64,000 nt of DNA, taken from assembly GCA_965223845.1 (NCBI GenBank), contig CBDCXR010000004.1, positions 4,384,001 to 4,448,000 on the forward strand, in the 5' to 3' direction. A model generated the notes under the pieces. It had not been told where the DNA came from, did no database searches, and worked only from the letters and a program-made list of their open reading frames with translations. The position numbers and the translations under genes are program-made. Positions within the stretch are counted from its first letter, which is position 1; every line of letters starts with the position of its first letter. Below are positions 1 through 9,512 of the stretch, piece after piece. Origin of the DNA: Planctomycetota bacterium (GTDB lineage: Bacteria; Planctomycetota; UBA8108; SXIK01).

Positions 1-1707
1 CTCGCGACTCAAGTCGTCAAACAGGGTCGCCGCCGGCGCGGACTCGAGATGAGCTCGCCACTCTTCGTCGCACGCTTCCAAGATCTCGCCGTAAACGTTC
101 GCGACGTCCGCCATGTTCGCGGGCGGGGACGATTCGATCGCGCGCCGCAAAATCGGGTTGAGGTGCCCGGCGGAATCGAGTGCCGCGATGACGTTCAATG
201 CCTGCGCCTCGAACTCGTTCCGGTCGAGCGCCATCAACCGATTCCAAGCTCCGAAGACGCGATCGTTCTCCCCGCGTTCCGCGATAAAGCGGCGCCAACG
301 CCCCACTGCGCCCGGCCCGTAAGCACTGAACTCGCGAAGGAGGCCGCGGTCGGTCCGGAGCTCGGGTTGATCCTGCGTGCGGTGCGCCGGAGTCGTCTCG
401 ACGATGTACCGAAGGTAGTCGCCGATCCAGGCCCGGAGCTCGTGCTGGATTTGCCGGTGGAGCTTCGCGCGAGTTTCCCCGTAGTCCTTTTTCGCTTTTG
501 CCAGCGCCGCGCGGAGCTCATCCGATTCGGCACGAGTCGTATCGCCCGATCGAAGCACGGGATACTCGCTCGCCGGCGGTTCGCGCGAACTCGCAAACAC
601 GCCGTAGAGCGCATAGTAGTCCTCCGTCGAGACCGGGTCGTACTTATGGTCGTGACAGCGCGCGCAGCTCACCGTCAGCCCCATCAATCCGCGCGTGACG
701 ACGTCGATGCGGTCGTCGATCACCTCGTGGGGAAAGAAATTGAAGCGAGAGCCGACCGTGAGAAACCCGAGCGCCGCAAGCGACCGGTTGTCGCTCCTCG
801 CGCCGCCGCGGTCGAGTTGGTCGGCCGCGAGCTGCTCGAGAACGAAGCGGTCGAACGGAAGGTCTTCGTTGAACGCGCGAACGACGTAGTCGCGATACGC
901 GTACGCGAAGGGAAACCGCGGCTCGCCGGCGTCGACGTAGCCCTTGGCGTCGGAGTAGCGCGCGACGTCGAGCCAATGCCGGGCCCAGCGCTCGCCGTAG
1001 CGCGGAGAGCCGAGGAGTCGGTCGACCAGTCGCGCGTAGGCCTCCGGCGATTCGTCGCGAACGAACGCCTCGATCTCGTCGTACGTCGGCGGGAGGCCGA
1101 CGAGGCTGGAGTACACCCGTCGGACTAGCTCGCGTGGATCCGCCTCGGGCGACGGCGCGATGCCTCCGTTTTCCAAGCGAGCGAGAATGAACCGATCGAT
1201 CTCGTTGATCGGCCAATCGATGCGACGGACGACCGGTGTCCGCGGGCGGCGTAGCGGCTCGAACGCCCAGTGCGGCGCGCTCCGTCCGTCGGAATCACGT
1301 CCGGCGCCCCGCTCTGCTCTCGTACTCAGAGCTGACGGAAACACCGCACCCGCCGCGATCCACGTCTCGAAGTCTCGGATGACGCTCTCCGGCAATCTGC
1401 CCGAAGGCGGCATCTTGAGCTCGCTCGCTGAATCGTGACGGAGCGCGCGGAGGAGGCGGCTCGCCCCTGGATTCCCCGGGACGACGACCGGCCCGGACCG
1501 GCCGCCGCGACGGAACGCGTCGCGGGAATCGAGACGCAGCTCGCCGCGAATTTGCTTCGCGGTCCCCGAATGGCAACCGTGGCAACGCTCGACGAAGACG
1601 GGCCGAACGTTCTTCTCGAAGAACTCGATCCGCTCGTCTCGCACTGCGCCGTGATCGATCTCTTCGGCGACTCCGAGCAGGCTGACGACAACAACGAGCT
1701 GGATCAC
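1..1707 (-). CDS. Planctomycete cytochrome c (PSCyt1) + DUF1549/PSCyt2 domain protein, partial (runs off the left edge)
   Basis: Absent from the ORF track, consistent with its stop lying beyond the left edge. Manual translation from GTG at 1707 (RBS GGAGAGG) gives IEFFEKNVRPVFVERCHGCH (CxxCH), LKMPPSGRL, HWAFEP, IDRFILARL, LVGLPPT and SPRYGERWARHWLDVARYSD. Confidence 0.9.
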   Translation of the reverse strand, partial: MIQLVVVVSLLGVAEEIDHGAVRDERIEFFEKNVRPVFVERCHGCHSGTAKQIRGELRLDSRDAFRRGGRSGPVVVPGNPGASRLLRALRHDSASELKMPPSGRLPESVIRDFETWIAAGAVFPSALSTRAERGAGRDSDGRSAPHWAFEPLRRPRTPVVRRIDWPINEIDRFILARLENGGIAPSPEADPRELVRRVYSSLVGLPPTYDEIEAFVRDESPEAYARLVDRLLGSPRYGERWARHWLDVARYSDAKGYVDAGEPRFPFAYAYRDYVVRAFNEDLPFDRFVLEQLAADQLDRGGARSDNRSLAALGFLTVGSRFNFFPHEVIDDRIDVVTRGLMGLTVSCARCHDHKYDPVSTEDYYALYGVFASSREPPASEYPVLRSGDTTRAESDELRAALAKAKKDYGETRAKLHRQIQHELRAWIGDYLRYIVETTPAHRTQDQPELRTDRGLLREFSAYGPGAVGRWRRFIAERGENDRVFGAWNRLMALDRNEFEAQALNVIAALDSAGHLNPILRRAIESSPPANMADVANVYGEILEACDEEWRAHLESAPAATLFDDLSRE

Positions 1708-1920
1708 GAAAACCTCTCCGTTCCGACCGCTATTCTCAGCGATCAGAAGAGAACGATCAACGGCAACGAGATGCGACCTCGGAATCTCCGCCCGAACAAT
1801 CGGCGGTCTTCGCGCGCTCTCCGATCTTCAAGCCGCCTCGATCGAGAGGGCGGCGACGATCGCCGGAACGGTGTCCGGTTCGTGGATGGGATCGAGAAAC
1901 CGCCGGCGATCCGCGGTGCC

Positions 1921-1957
1921 GAATGAAACGGGCCTGGTGCTCGGAACCAGGCCCGTT
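1921..1957 (-). terminator. Probable intrinsic terminator closing the ECF/kinase/beta-helix unit
   Basis: Perfect 12-bp inverted repeat AACGGGCCTGGT (1927-1938) / ACCAGGCCCGTT (1946-1957) with a 7-nt loop. It runs into TTTCATTC on the minus strand and begins about 27 nt after the TAG at 1984. Confidence 0.6.
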
Positions 1958-1983
1958 CTGGCAACCCCGTCGCTGCGGTCCGC

Positions 1984-3771
1984 CTACTGCGGGCAGCTCT
2001 TCGGTGCGATCTCGCACGCCCCTTCGTCGGATGGCAAAGCTCCCGGGCCACAGTCGGGGAACGGCGCTGCCGGCGGCGGCCCTACCACAAAGAGCCAGTT
2101 CAGCAGGAAGGTCGGATCGGCGATGTTCGTCCCGGAGTCGCCGTTTACGTTCGTCGTCGCGACGCACTGCGGCTCCACTCTGCCGGAAAAGAGCCATTCG
2201 AGGATGAACACGGCGTCGGCGAGATTGACCGGGCCGTCGTCGTTGGTATCGCCGCGAAGGAATTCGATCGCAGTCGAGTCGCAGCCGCCCGCGACGAACT
2301 CGTACGCGCCGATATCGACTGCGTCGCCACACGGTCGGGACTCCCCATCGAAGTCAGCCGGCGGTGCCCCATCGCTGCCGCCGGCATCGATCGCCGGCGA
2401 GTCGGCGAGCAGGTGATAGTCCGGTCGCACGACCACAAAGTCTGGAAGCTCGTATTCCTGACCGGCGATTTCGACCGTCACAAAACTCGAGAAGTCGAAC
2501 TCGCCCCTCTCGACAAACATGGGATCCCCGTCTTCCAGGCTTTCGAACACCGAGCCGCATACCGCCCCGGGGAGCACGATCGAGTTCCTGACGACAGGGC
2601 TCGCTTCGCTGCACAGCATGGCCGAAGGCACGTTGTCGACTACGGTGCAGTTCTGAAGTACGGGCCGGGACCGAAAGCTGTGGACGCCGCCCTTGTTGGT
2701 CCCGCCATCGCGCGCCACATTGGCGGCAATGATGCAGTTCGAGAACAACGGGAACGAGTCCGACCCGCAGTACACGCCACCGCCCTGACTGCCGAATTCT
2801 CCGCCGAAGTTGTAGTTCCCGATGACGACGCACGAATCGAAGGTCGGGGACACCGCGTTGTACTGGCAAATCCCGCCTCCTTGGCCGTCCGAGGCGACGT
2901 TGCCCTCGATCAAGCAGTTCGCTACCAGTCCTCCCCGACGGCCGACCACGAGGAATCCGCCTCCGCGAGACGCCCAGTTGCGCACAACGTCGCACTCGCG
3001 AATCGTCGGCTCCGAATCAACAACGAACACTCCGCCGCCTTGGCCGGCCTCGGTCGTCGCGTTGTTCTCGATCCTGCACCGAAGCAGCTGCGCCGGCGAC
3101 GCGTTCAGATAGACGCCGGCCCCGAGTCCCGCGTGGTTGCGTTCGATGACGCAGTCCGAAATGCGAGGGGCGGCTCCGAGGCCACAGCCGACACCACCGC
3201 CGATTCCTCGTGGAGCAGTGTTCTCCGAAATCTCGCAGTCCCTGATCGTCGGCGCGGCGCCAAACGTGCAACTGATTCCACCCCCGCCGCGAGCCGAGTT
3301 ACCCCGAATATGACACTCGAGAACGGTCGGAGACGACTCGTTCCGAAAGTAGATGCCGCCGCCGAGCGTTCCGGACACGTCGCCGCGAGTCGAGAAGAAC
3401 CCCTGTCCGCCGCTGATCGTAAAGCCTTGGAGGACAGAAGCGCCGGTCTCGCCGGCCTCGAAGATGAAGACACCGGCACGATCCGGATCGGCGGGCAGCT
3501 CCGCCATCCGGATCACCGTCTCCGCTGCGCCGGAAGCGGACCGGACGGTGATGTTCTTCACCGACCCGATCCCCGCGTTGTGTTCCCGGTTGAAATCGAT
3601 CGGTTCCGTGATCACGTACTCGCCGGGCGCGACCTCGACGATATCCTCGGCCTCCGCCTCGTCGATCGCCTCCTGGATCGTCGCGTACTCGTCTGGAACA
3701 TGAAGCACGGCGGCGGCCAACGGATTCGCTGCGCTAGCAAGCAGCAGCAAGATGCACTGGGGTTTCATCAT
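1984..3771 (-). CDS. Secreted right-handed parallel beta-helix repeat protein with C-terminal dockerin-like domain
   Basis: Signal peptide, VPDEYATIQEAID motif and repeated N-x-A-xx-GGG(I/V) beta-helix units. DYHLLADSPAIDAG...VDIGAYE cap, then an FLRGDTNDDG...NVNGDSG...PFPDCG tail. Start moved to ATG 3771 (RBS GAGGA). Confidence 0.85.
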   Translation of the reverse strand: MMKPQCILLLLASAANPLAAAVLHVPDEYATIQEAIDEAEAEDIVEVAPGEYVITEPIDFNREHNAGIGSVKNITVRSASGAAETVIRMAELPADPDRAGVFIFEAGETGASVLQGFTISGGQGFFSTRGDVSGTLGGGIYFRNESSPTVLECHIRGNSARGGGGISCTFGAAPTIRDCEISENTAPRGIGGGVGCGLGAAPRISDCVIERNHAGLGAGVYLNASPAQLLRCRIENNATTEAGQGGGVFVVDSEPTIRECDVVRNWASRGGGFLVVGRRGGLVANCLIEGNVASDGQGGGICQYNAVSPTFDSCVVIGNYNFGGEFGSQGGGVYCGSDSFPLFSNCIIAANVARDGGTNKGGVHSFRSRPVLQNCTVVDNVPSAMLCSEASPVVRNSIVLPGAVCGSVFESLEDGDPMFVERGEFDFSSFVTVEIAGQEYELPDFVVVRPDYHLLADSPAIDAGGSDGAPPADFDGESRPCGDAVDIGAYEFVAGGCDSTAIEFLRGDTNDDGPVNLADAVFILEWLFSGRVEPQCVATTNVNGDSGTNIADPTFLLNWLFVVGPPPAAPFPDCGPGALPSDEGACEIAPKSCPQ

Positions 3772-3818
3772 AGTGTCCTCAATGGTTTCTGTTCGGGACA
3801 TCGATCCTCTTCGAGGAT

Positions 3819-6800
3819 TCAGTCCCGCGGAGAGTTGGAAGTGGTCGCGACGATTTCGATCGCCGAGATCTTCGGCGCGCCGATGACCGGCACGAACTCG
3901 ACGTCGAGAGTTCCGTCGTCGACGACCGCGGTCCAGGGGTGAGCGTTGGCCACCGCAAACCCCTCCGAGGCAGGTTCGAAATTCGTCAGAGCCGGCCGCC
4001 GCTCGACACGTACGTCGAATCGGCGTGCACCCGGCTCGCGCAGATCGAGCTCGGCGAAATGAAAGGTGATCCGGTAGGTTCCCGCCGGCAGCGGAATCCG
4101 GTATGCCGGCCGGGAGTCCTCGTCGTCAAAGTCGCGAAACGTACGATAGAGAAGGTGATCGCCAGTGTTCCGGACCGGCCCTTGGAGCGTGTATTTGAGC
4201 GTGCTCCGGGAGCCTCCCTCAAAGAATCGGTCCCGCTCCCAGATCCGATCGCCGCTGTCCGTGTACCGCTCGCCGCCGCAGTTGATGCGAACGGTCCCAC
4301 GCTCGAGCTCTTCGAGTAGGGAACGCATGTCCGCTGCGTAGCCGTCGGTCGAGCTCGAAGGAAAACTCTCGAGCAGATCTCGCGGTCCTCGATGCAGATC
4401 GGAGATCGCCGTCTCGAGCCAAAGTGTCCAGAGCCTTCTGTCGTCGTGTCGGTTCAGAACCTCTTGCAAATACGCATCGGCCCGAACGAAATCTCCCTGA
4501 ATGCGCAGGCTTTCGATCCGTCGGAGATGGACCAGCACATCGGCGTCGGGTACGCCGGCCAAGCCTTCGAGAGTCTCGAGCGCGAGCTCGGGTCGGTCTC
4601 CGCGCTGCAGGAGGCGAGCGTCGAGGTAGGAGAGGACCGCCGGTGCATTCGCCGCCGTGCGCATTGCTGCTGCCAGCTCCTTCTCGGCGCGCGAGCCGGG
4701 CTGAACGTTCTCGAGCGCAGCATCGACGGAAGCGGCGGAGGCGACCTCGGGAAGGAGCTGCTCACGGAGCTCGGCGAGCGCCCGGAGACTCTTTCGGGTA
4801 ACGTCCGGAAGCAGGACGGCCTTTTCCAAGAGACGCACCGCGCCTCGAGCATCGCCACGCGCCGACGTGATCTCCGCGAGCGTGCAAAGTGCTGCGTCCC
4901 CCTGCCACTCCGAGTTCTCGACGGCGCGGACCGCGAGCGCGTAAGCCTGATCGCGATCTCCGTACGGAGCGTGAAAGAGAATCGAGGCTACTGCGGCTTG
5001 GAGATCATCTCGAATCTCCCGACTGGACTCCGCGATGCGGGTCAACTTCGCGACGACCTCGGCCGGAGGAAAGCGGCCGGAGTCCTCGATTCTCCGAAGC
5101 GATCTTGCCAGAAGGCGCTGCGTCCAGTGGGCTCCGCGCACCCGCGAGAGGTGATTCATCAGCGGATCGAGCGCCTTCAGAAACTCTCCTGCGTGAAACA
5201 GGGCGTGCCCGAACTCGCGTCGGGCCGACGCGTTCCGAGGCGCCAGTTCGACGGCTCGTTCGGCGGCTTCGATCGCCTCCGCGTGCTTTCCCAGCTTCAA
5301 TCGGGCGTTGCAGAGACCGGTATAGGCGCCCGATCGAGCCGGGACGAGCTCCGCGAGCTCGCCAAACGTCTCTTCCGCCTCGCGGTAGCGTCGCTCCTTG
5401 ACGAGCGTCCAGCCCAGCTGCGAGCGAACCGAGAACACGGACCCGAGCTCCTCGGCCTTCCGGATCGAAGCGGCGGACTCCTCGTCTCGATTCAGGTGTC
5501 TCAGGATCCGCGCGCGAGCAAGCCACCGTTCCACCCTCCGCTCGTCCAGCGAGATCGCGCGATCGATTACGGCGAGCGCCTCCTCCACCTTGCCCTGCAG
5601 AAAGCGAACCCGCGCGAGCCCGGTGAGACCCTTGCCGTTCTCCGGCGGCAGGGTCGACGCCGAGAAGAAGTGCTCGCCGGCCTCGTCGTACTTGCCCTCG
5701 TCCAGGCGACACAGCCCCAGGAGGACGCGCGGCAGTGCCCAGTTCGGATCGAGCTCGGTTGCGCGCATCGCGGCCTCGATGGCAGCCGTCGGATCCCGTC
5801 GCTCGTAGCAAACCATTGCGAGCGAGGTTTGGAGATAGCTGTCGTCCGGGGCCATGGAGACTCCGCGGCGTACGAGCTTCTCGGCCTCGTCGAGGCGGCC
5901 TCGGGAGTACGCCAGGATGCCTCCGGCGACGTGCGCGATCGGATGGGATGGATCGAGTGCGAGTGCACGATCCACGGCGTGCTGGGCTCCGGCGCGGTCG
6001 TTCTCTCTGAGGAGCGTCAACGCCAGAATCGCGAACGGAAACGGGTTCGCAGAGTCCAGCTCACAGGCGCGGCGGAGAGAACGGAGCCCTTCGGCTTGCA
6101 AGGATTCGTCGCGCCCATCCGACGAGAAAAGCCTTTCGAAGTAGACGGACCATCCCAAGACGGCGTGGGCTACGGGGTCGGCTTCGTTGAGCGCGATCGC
6201 CGAACGAGCTGCCTCGATCGCCTCGGCGGACCTCCACAGCCGGCACAGGAACACGGCGCGAAGCCGACGCGAGAGCTGCTCGCGCGAAATCCTGCGGCTC
6301 CAGCGAAGGGCGTGCTCGTACTGCCGCAGGGATTCGTACGTGATGGCGATCCACGCGGCGGCGATGTCCTTGTGCTCGACCATGTCGTGAAGGCCCGCGA
6401 AGGTCGCTTCCGCGCGAGACGGGCGTCCCCCGCGGAAGTACGTCTTCCCGAGAAGCAACCACGGTTCGAGCAGGGTCGGCCACAGGGCGCGGAGCTCGAC
6501 GAACGCGACCTCGGCTTCGTCGAGGGCTCCGGCGGCGAGCAGCGCGGCGCCCTTCGCGAGCCGCGTCTCGATCGACGAGCCGAGGAAGAGCTCGTTACCG
6601 GGCCCCTCCATTCGCGCGAGGTGGTCGAAGGCGCGTGCGACCTCGAGCCACCGCTTCTTCGTCTGTTCGAGGTCCCGGTTCGCCACGCGTTCCTCGGCTC
6701 TCCGTGCGGCGCGATAAGCGTCGAGCCAGGACGACGCCCACGAAACACCTTGCGACGCTCGCGACCAATCTTCGATGCGCTTCTCGTTGACGGTCTCCCC

Positions 6801-8372
6801 GGAGAGCCTCGCGCGAAGGATTCGAGCGGGAACGAAGCTCGGCTCGCTGCGGAGCACGCGGTCCAGCGCCTGGATCGCCTCATCATCCTTCCGCAAGAGC
6901 GCCAAGGCCTGGGCCCGGTGGTAACCGGCCTCCGGTCTCGCGGGAACTCGCTCGGCAGCCGCGGCGAGGTCCTGCACGGCCTTCGCGATCCCATCGGATT
7001 CGCTCGCGATCGCGACGAGTTGAAGATCGCCGGGCGTGAACCAGAATCGAGAGGTCACCGGATTGCCGATTCGGCCTTCCGCTCTGAGAGTCAGGTAGCC
7101 TGGCATCAGCCGAGTCAACGCGGAGCGCACCCGCGGTTCGTACTCGACCAACGCCACCCGCGCTCGCTCCTGGTGCGCGCTGATGGCAAACCAAGCAGCA
7201 GCGGGAACGAGCACGAGCAAGGCGGAGATCACCGCTGAGTTCAACGCGTTGCGCCGGACGAAACGGAGCGCCTTCTCCCATTTCGGCTGCGGGCGCGCCT
7301 CGATCGGATCGCCGCGCACGAACCGCTGCAGGTCCTGCGCCAAAGCCTCCGCGGTTCCGTATCGGTCGGCGGCGTTCTTCCGAGCGCACTTCAGAACGAT
7401 CGTCTCGAAGTCCTTCGGCACGCGAGGGTTGGTCTTTCGCGGCTCCGTCGGATTTCGGTCGATGATCTGAGACAGCGTGTCGGCGTGGTCCTTGCCCCGG
7501 AAGGGCGGACGACCGCAGATCGCCTCGTACATCGTCGCACCCAGCGAGTACACGTCGGTACGGTGATCGACGGGGACTTTCTTCCGACGCGCCTGCTCGG
7601 GCGACATGTAGAGCGGGGTGCCGACGAAATCTCCCGAAAGCGTCAGCGACTCTTGCCCTTCGAGGAGTGCCAAACCGAAGTCGAGGATCCGGAGTCGGCC
7701 GTCCTGGTCGAGAATGAGATTCGATGGCTTGATGTCGCGATGGGTGATGCCCTTCGAGTGCGCGTGTTGGAGGCCGTCGGCGACGTGGGCGAACGCCTTC
7801 GCCATGTTGTGGAAGTACGCGACCTCGTTCTTGGAGCCAAACGGCGTCTCCGTCTCAGACTCGGCGTCCTTTGTCCTGGCGAGAATCTGCGCCAGCGTCT
7901 CGCCCTCGACGAAATCCATCGAGTAGTACGGCGTGTTCTCCTCCTGCCCCATGCCGTGAACGCCAACGATATTCGGGTGGTTGAGCTTCGCCGCCGCTCT
8001 CGCCTCTCGCATGAAGCGGTGAAAGCGCTTGTCGTCGACCGCGACGGCACCGGGCAGAACCTTCAGCGCCACCTGTCGCTCGACGGAGTTCTGCCACGCC
8101 TCGTACACCACACCCATGCCGCCGCGCCCGATTTGGCGACGCAGGGTGTAATCGCCGAGGGTTCCGAGATCTCTCGAAGCCGCGGAATCTCGGTATACGT
8201 CTCGCAGGAGTCGCAGTTGATCAATGAGCTCTTGGGCCACTTCCGGGTGGTCCGCCCGGATAGTTTCGATGTCGATCGCCTCTCCGGCATTCAAACGCTC
8301 GACGTACTGAGCGAACAACGCTTCGACGCCGGAAGGCAAGCCGCCGTGAGAGCCGTTCGTTTTCTCACTCAT
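3819..8372 (-). CDS. Membrane Hanks-type Ser/Thr kinase with TPR array and C-terminal malectin-like domain
   Basis: Kinase motifs IGRGGMGVVY, VALKVL, HRDIKPSN, DFGLA and GTPLYMSPEQ. One hydrophobic segment (SAVISALLVLVPAAAWFAI), then many TPR-like repeats. The C-terminus RINCGG...WERDRFF...LYRTFR...GTYRITFHFAE...RRFDVRVE...PKISAIEI follows the malectin pattern. Confidence 0.9.
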   Translation of the reverse strand: MSEKTNGSHGGLPSGVEALFAQYVERLNAGEAIDIETIRADHPEVAQELIDQLRLLRDVYRDSAASRDLGTLGDYTLRRQIGRGGMGVVYEAWQNSVERQVALKVLPGAVAVDDKRFHRFMREARAAAKLNHPNIVGVHGMGQEENTPYYSMDFVEGETLAQILARTKDAESETETPFGSKNEVAYFHNMAKAFAHVADGLQHAHSKGITHRDIKPSNLILDQDGRLRILDFGLALLEGQESLTLSGDFVGTPLYMSPEQARRKKVPVDHRTDVYSLGATMYEAICGRPPFRGKDHADTLSQIIDRNPTEPRKTNPRVPKDFETIVLKCARKNAADRYGTAEALAQDLQRFVRGDPIEARPQPKWEKALRFVRRNALNSAVISALLVLVPAAAWFAISAHQERARVALVEYEPRVRSALTRLMPGYLTLRAEGRIGNPVTSRFWFTPGDLQLVAIASESDGIAKAVQDLAAAAERVPARPEAGYHRAQALALLRKDDEAIQALDRVLRSEPSFVPARILRARLSGETVNEKRIEDWSRASQGVSWASSWLDAYRAARRAEERVANRDLEQTKKRWLEVARAFDHLARMEGPGNELFLGSSIETRLAKGAALLAAGALDEAEVAFVELRALWPTLLEPWLLLGKTYFRGGRPSRAEATFAGLHDMVEHKDIAAAWIAITYESLRQYEHALRWSRRISREQLSRRLRAVFLCRLWRSAEAIEAARSAIALNEADPVAHAVLGWSVYFERLFSSDGRDESLQAEGLRSLRRACELDSANPFPFAILALTLLRENDRAGAQHAVDRALALDPSHPIAHVAGGILAYSRGRLDEAEKLVRRGVSMAPDDSYLQTSLAMVCYERRDPTAAIEAAMRATELDPNWALPRVLLGLCRLDEGKYDEAGEHFFSASTLPPENGKGLTGLARVRFLQGKVEEALAVIDRAISLDERRVERWLARARILRHLNRDEESAASIRKAEELGSVFSVRSQLGWTLVKERRYREAEETFGELAELVPARSGAYTGLCNARLKLGKHAEAIEAAERAVELAPRNASARREFGHALFHAGEFLKALDPLMNHLSRVRGAHWTQRLLARSLRRIEDSGRFPPAEVVAKLTRIAESSREIRDDLQAAVASILFHAPYGDRDQAYALAVRAVENSEWQGDAALCTLAEITSARGDARGAVRLLEKAVLLPDVTRKSLRALAELREQLLPEVASAASVDAALENVQPGSRAEKELAAAMRTAANAPAVLSYLDARLLQRGDRPELALETLEGLAGVPDADVLVHLRRIESLRIQGDFVRADAYLQEVLNRHDDRRLWTLWLETAISDLHRGPRDLLESFPSSSTDGYAADMRSLLEELERGTVRINCGGERYTDSGDRIWERDRFFEGGSRSTLKYTLQGPVRNTGDHLLYRTFRDFDDEDSRPAYRIPLPAGTYRITFHFAELDLREPGARRFDVRVERRPALTNFEPASEGFAVANAHPWTAVVDDGTLDVEFVPVIGAPKISAIEIVATTSNSPRD

Positions 8373-8988
8373 GCTCGCCCTCCGACGCCCGGATGGAGCG
8401 GTCGGGAAGGTGCAAGCTCTCGGTGTCTCCGAAAGCCGACTTCAAGTTCTCCAGTGCACGATAGAGAAGTCGTTTCACCGCCTCTGGAGACCGCCCCATC
8501 TCCTCCGCCGCTTGCTGAAACGTCAGCCCGTCCACCCGAACTCGCAGGATCACTTCGCGGTGTTCGGCGCTGAGCTCATCGAGCGAATCTTCCAGTCGCT
8601 TGAACCTCTCTTCGCGGCGCATCGCTCGACTGGGGGAAACTAGCTCGACGGGCATGTGCTCGTCCAAAGGAGCTCTCCGTTCACGAGCTCGCTTCCGTGC
8701 CAATTGCAGAGTGACGTTTTCCGCGATACCGCCTAACCAATGAAGGAGAGAGTCCCTTCCCCGCCATTCGAAATTCGCGATGGAACGATATGCCCGAAGC
8801 AGAGTCTCCTGGTAGACGTCATCCACCTCGACACCAAACACGATGCGGGCGCTCAGTCGGGACGCAACGAGCGCTCGTATTCGATTCCGGTCTTGCGAGA
8901 CGAGAGTCTCGAATGCCTCGCGGTCGCCGGACTTTGCGGCTTCGATCAGTCCCTGGTTGTCGTTCGCTTTGGTCATGAGGTTGTTCAT
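8365..8988 (-). CDS. ECF RNA polymerase sigma factor (planctomycete kinase-associated type)
   Basis: GDREAFETLV, DDVYQETLLRAY, WLGGIAEN, SPS linker and sigma4 LSAEHREVILRVRVDGLTFQQAAEEMGRS. Overlaps the kinase start by 8 bp. Confidence 0.92.
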   Translation of the reverse strand: MNNLMTKANDNQGLIEAAKSGDREAFETLVSQDRNRIRALVASRLSARIVFGVEVDDVYQETLLRAYRSIANFEWRGRDSLLHWLGGIAENVTLQLARKRARERRAPLDEHMPVELVSPSRAMRREERFKRLEDSLDELSAEHREVILRVRVDGLTFQQAAEEMGRSPEAVKRLLYRALENLKSAFGDTESLHLPDRSIRASEGEHE

Positions 8989-8999
8989 TCCATCTGCGT

Positions 9000-9027
9000 T
9001 ATTCCCACTGAGCGCCCAAAGGGTCGC
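9000..9027 (-). promoter_or_regulatory. Putative ECF-type promoter GCGACC-N16-GGAATA upstream of the ECF gene
   Basis: Bipartite motif with a 16-nt spacer just upstream of the ECF start. Its -35 hexamer nearly matches the one upstream of the second ECF gene (41718-41723). Inference only. Confidence 0.3.
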
Positions 9028-9512
9028 GGAATCTCAGAAGATTCTCTGGCCCATTGTATTCCCGTGCTCCACGAGGCCGGAGCGACCAGTTGGGTGCACC
9101 CGATCAGTACGAGACTGGTGACGTTCGCAGGCTCGTTTCGCCTCCTCGGGGCGCCTCTCCACTCTGCCAAACGCGAGTTACGGCCACTCGAAACCGCTGC
9201 GCACGGCTCGAGATCGACAGGGAACGGAGGGTCTCGCTCAAAGCGCGAAGTCGCGGCATGCGCACTTTTCTTTCGAGTGAGCGAAATCTTTCGGCGTAGC
9301 TCGGAAGTCTAGCGATCGCGCTCTCAAGCGAGCGACGCGCAAGGGGCGGGATGGAATTCACGCCGCGAGAAAGGGAGAACTCGAACGACCGGTCGCGGGG
9401 GTACGAAAGATTCCTCACTCCGCGCCATTTTCCCCACCGCACCAATCCTCGAGCTGAAGAGCGTTCTCAGCCGATTCTCTATGGTAGGCTGACGTCGAAA
9501 AGGTGTTCGGTG

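Noticed and set aside
3802-3821. Hairpin ATCCTC-GAA-GAGGAT immediately after the kinase TGA.
   Set aside because: The downstream gene is in a different frame, the malectin domain is complete, and the hairpin abuts the stop with no SECIS spacing.
4392-7238. Long antisense ORFs (948 aa here; also 49-1128, 2413-3942, 11052-12593, 23949-25793, 54484-55983, 62237-63580).
   Set aside because: They are shadows of real genes on the opposite strand, caused by high GC and codon bias, and have no recognisable motifs.
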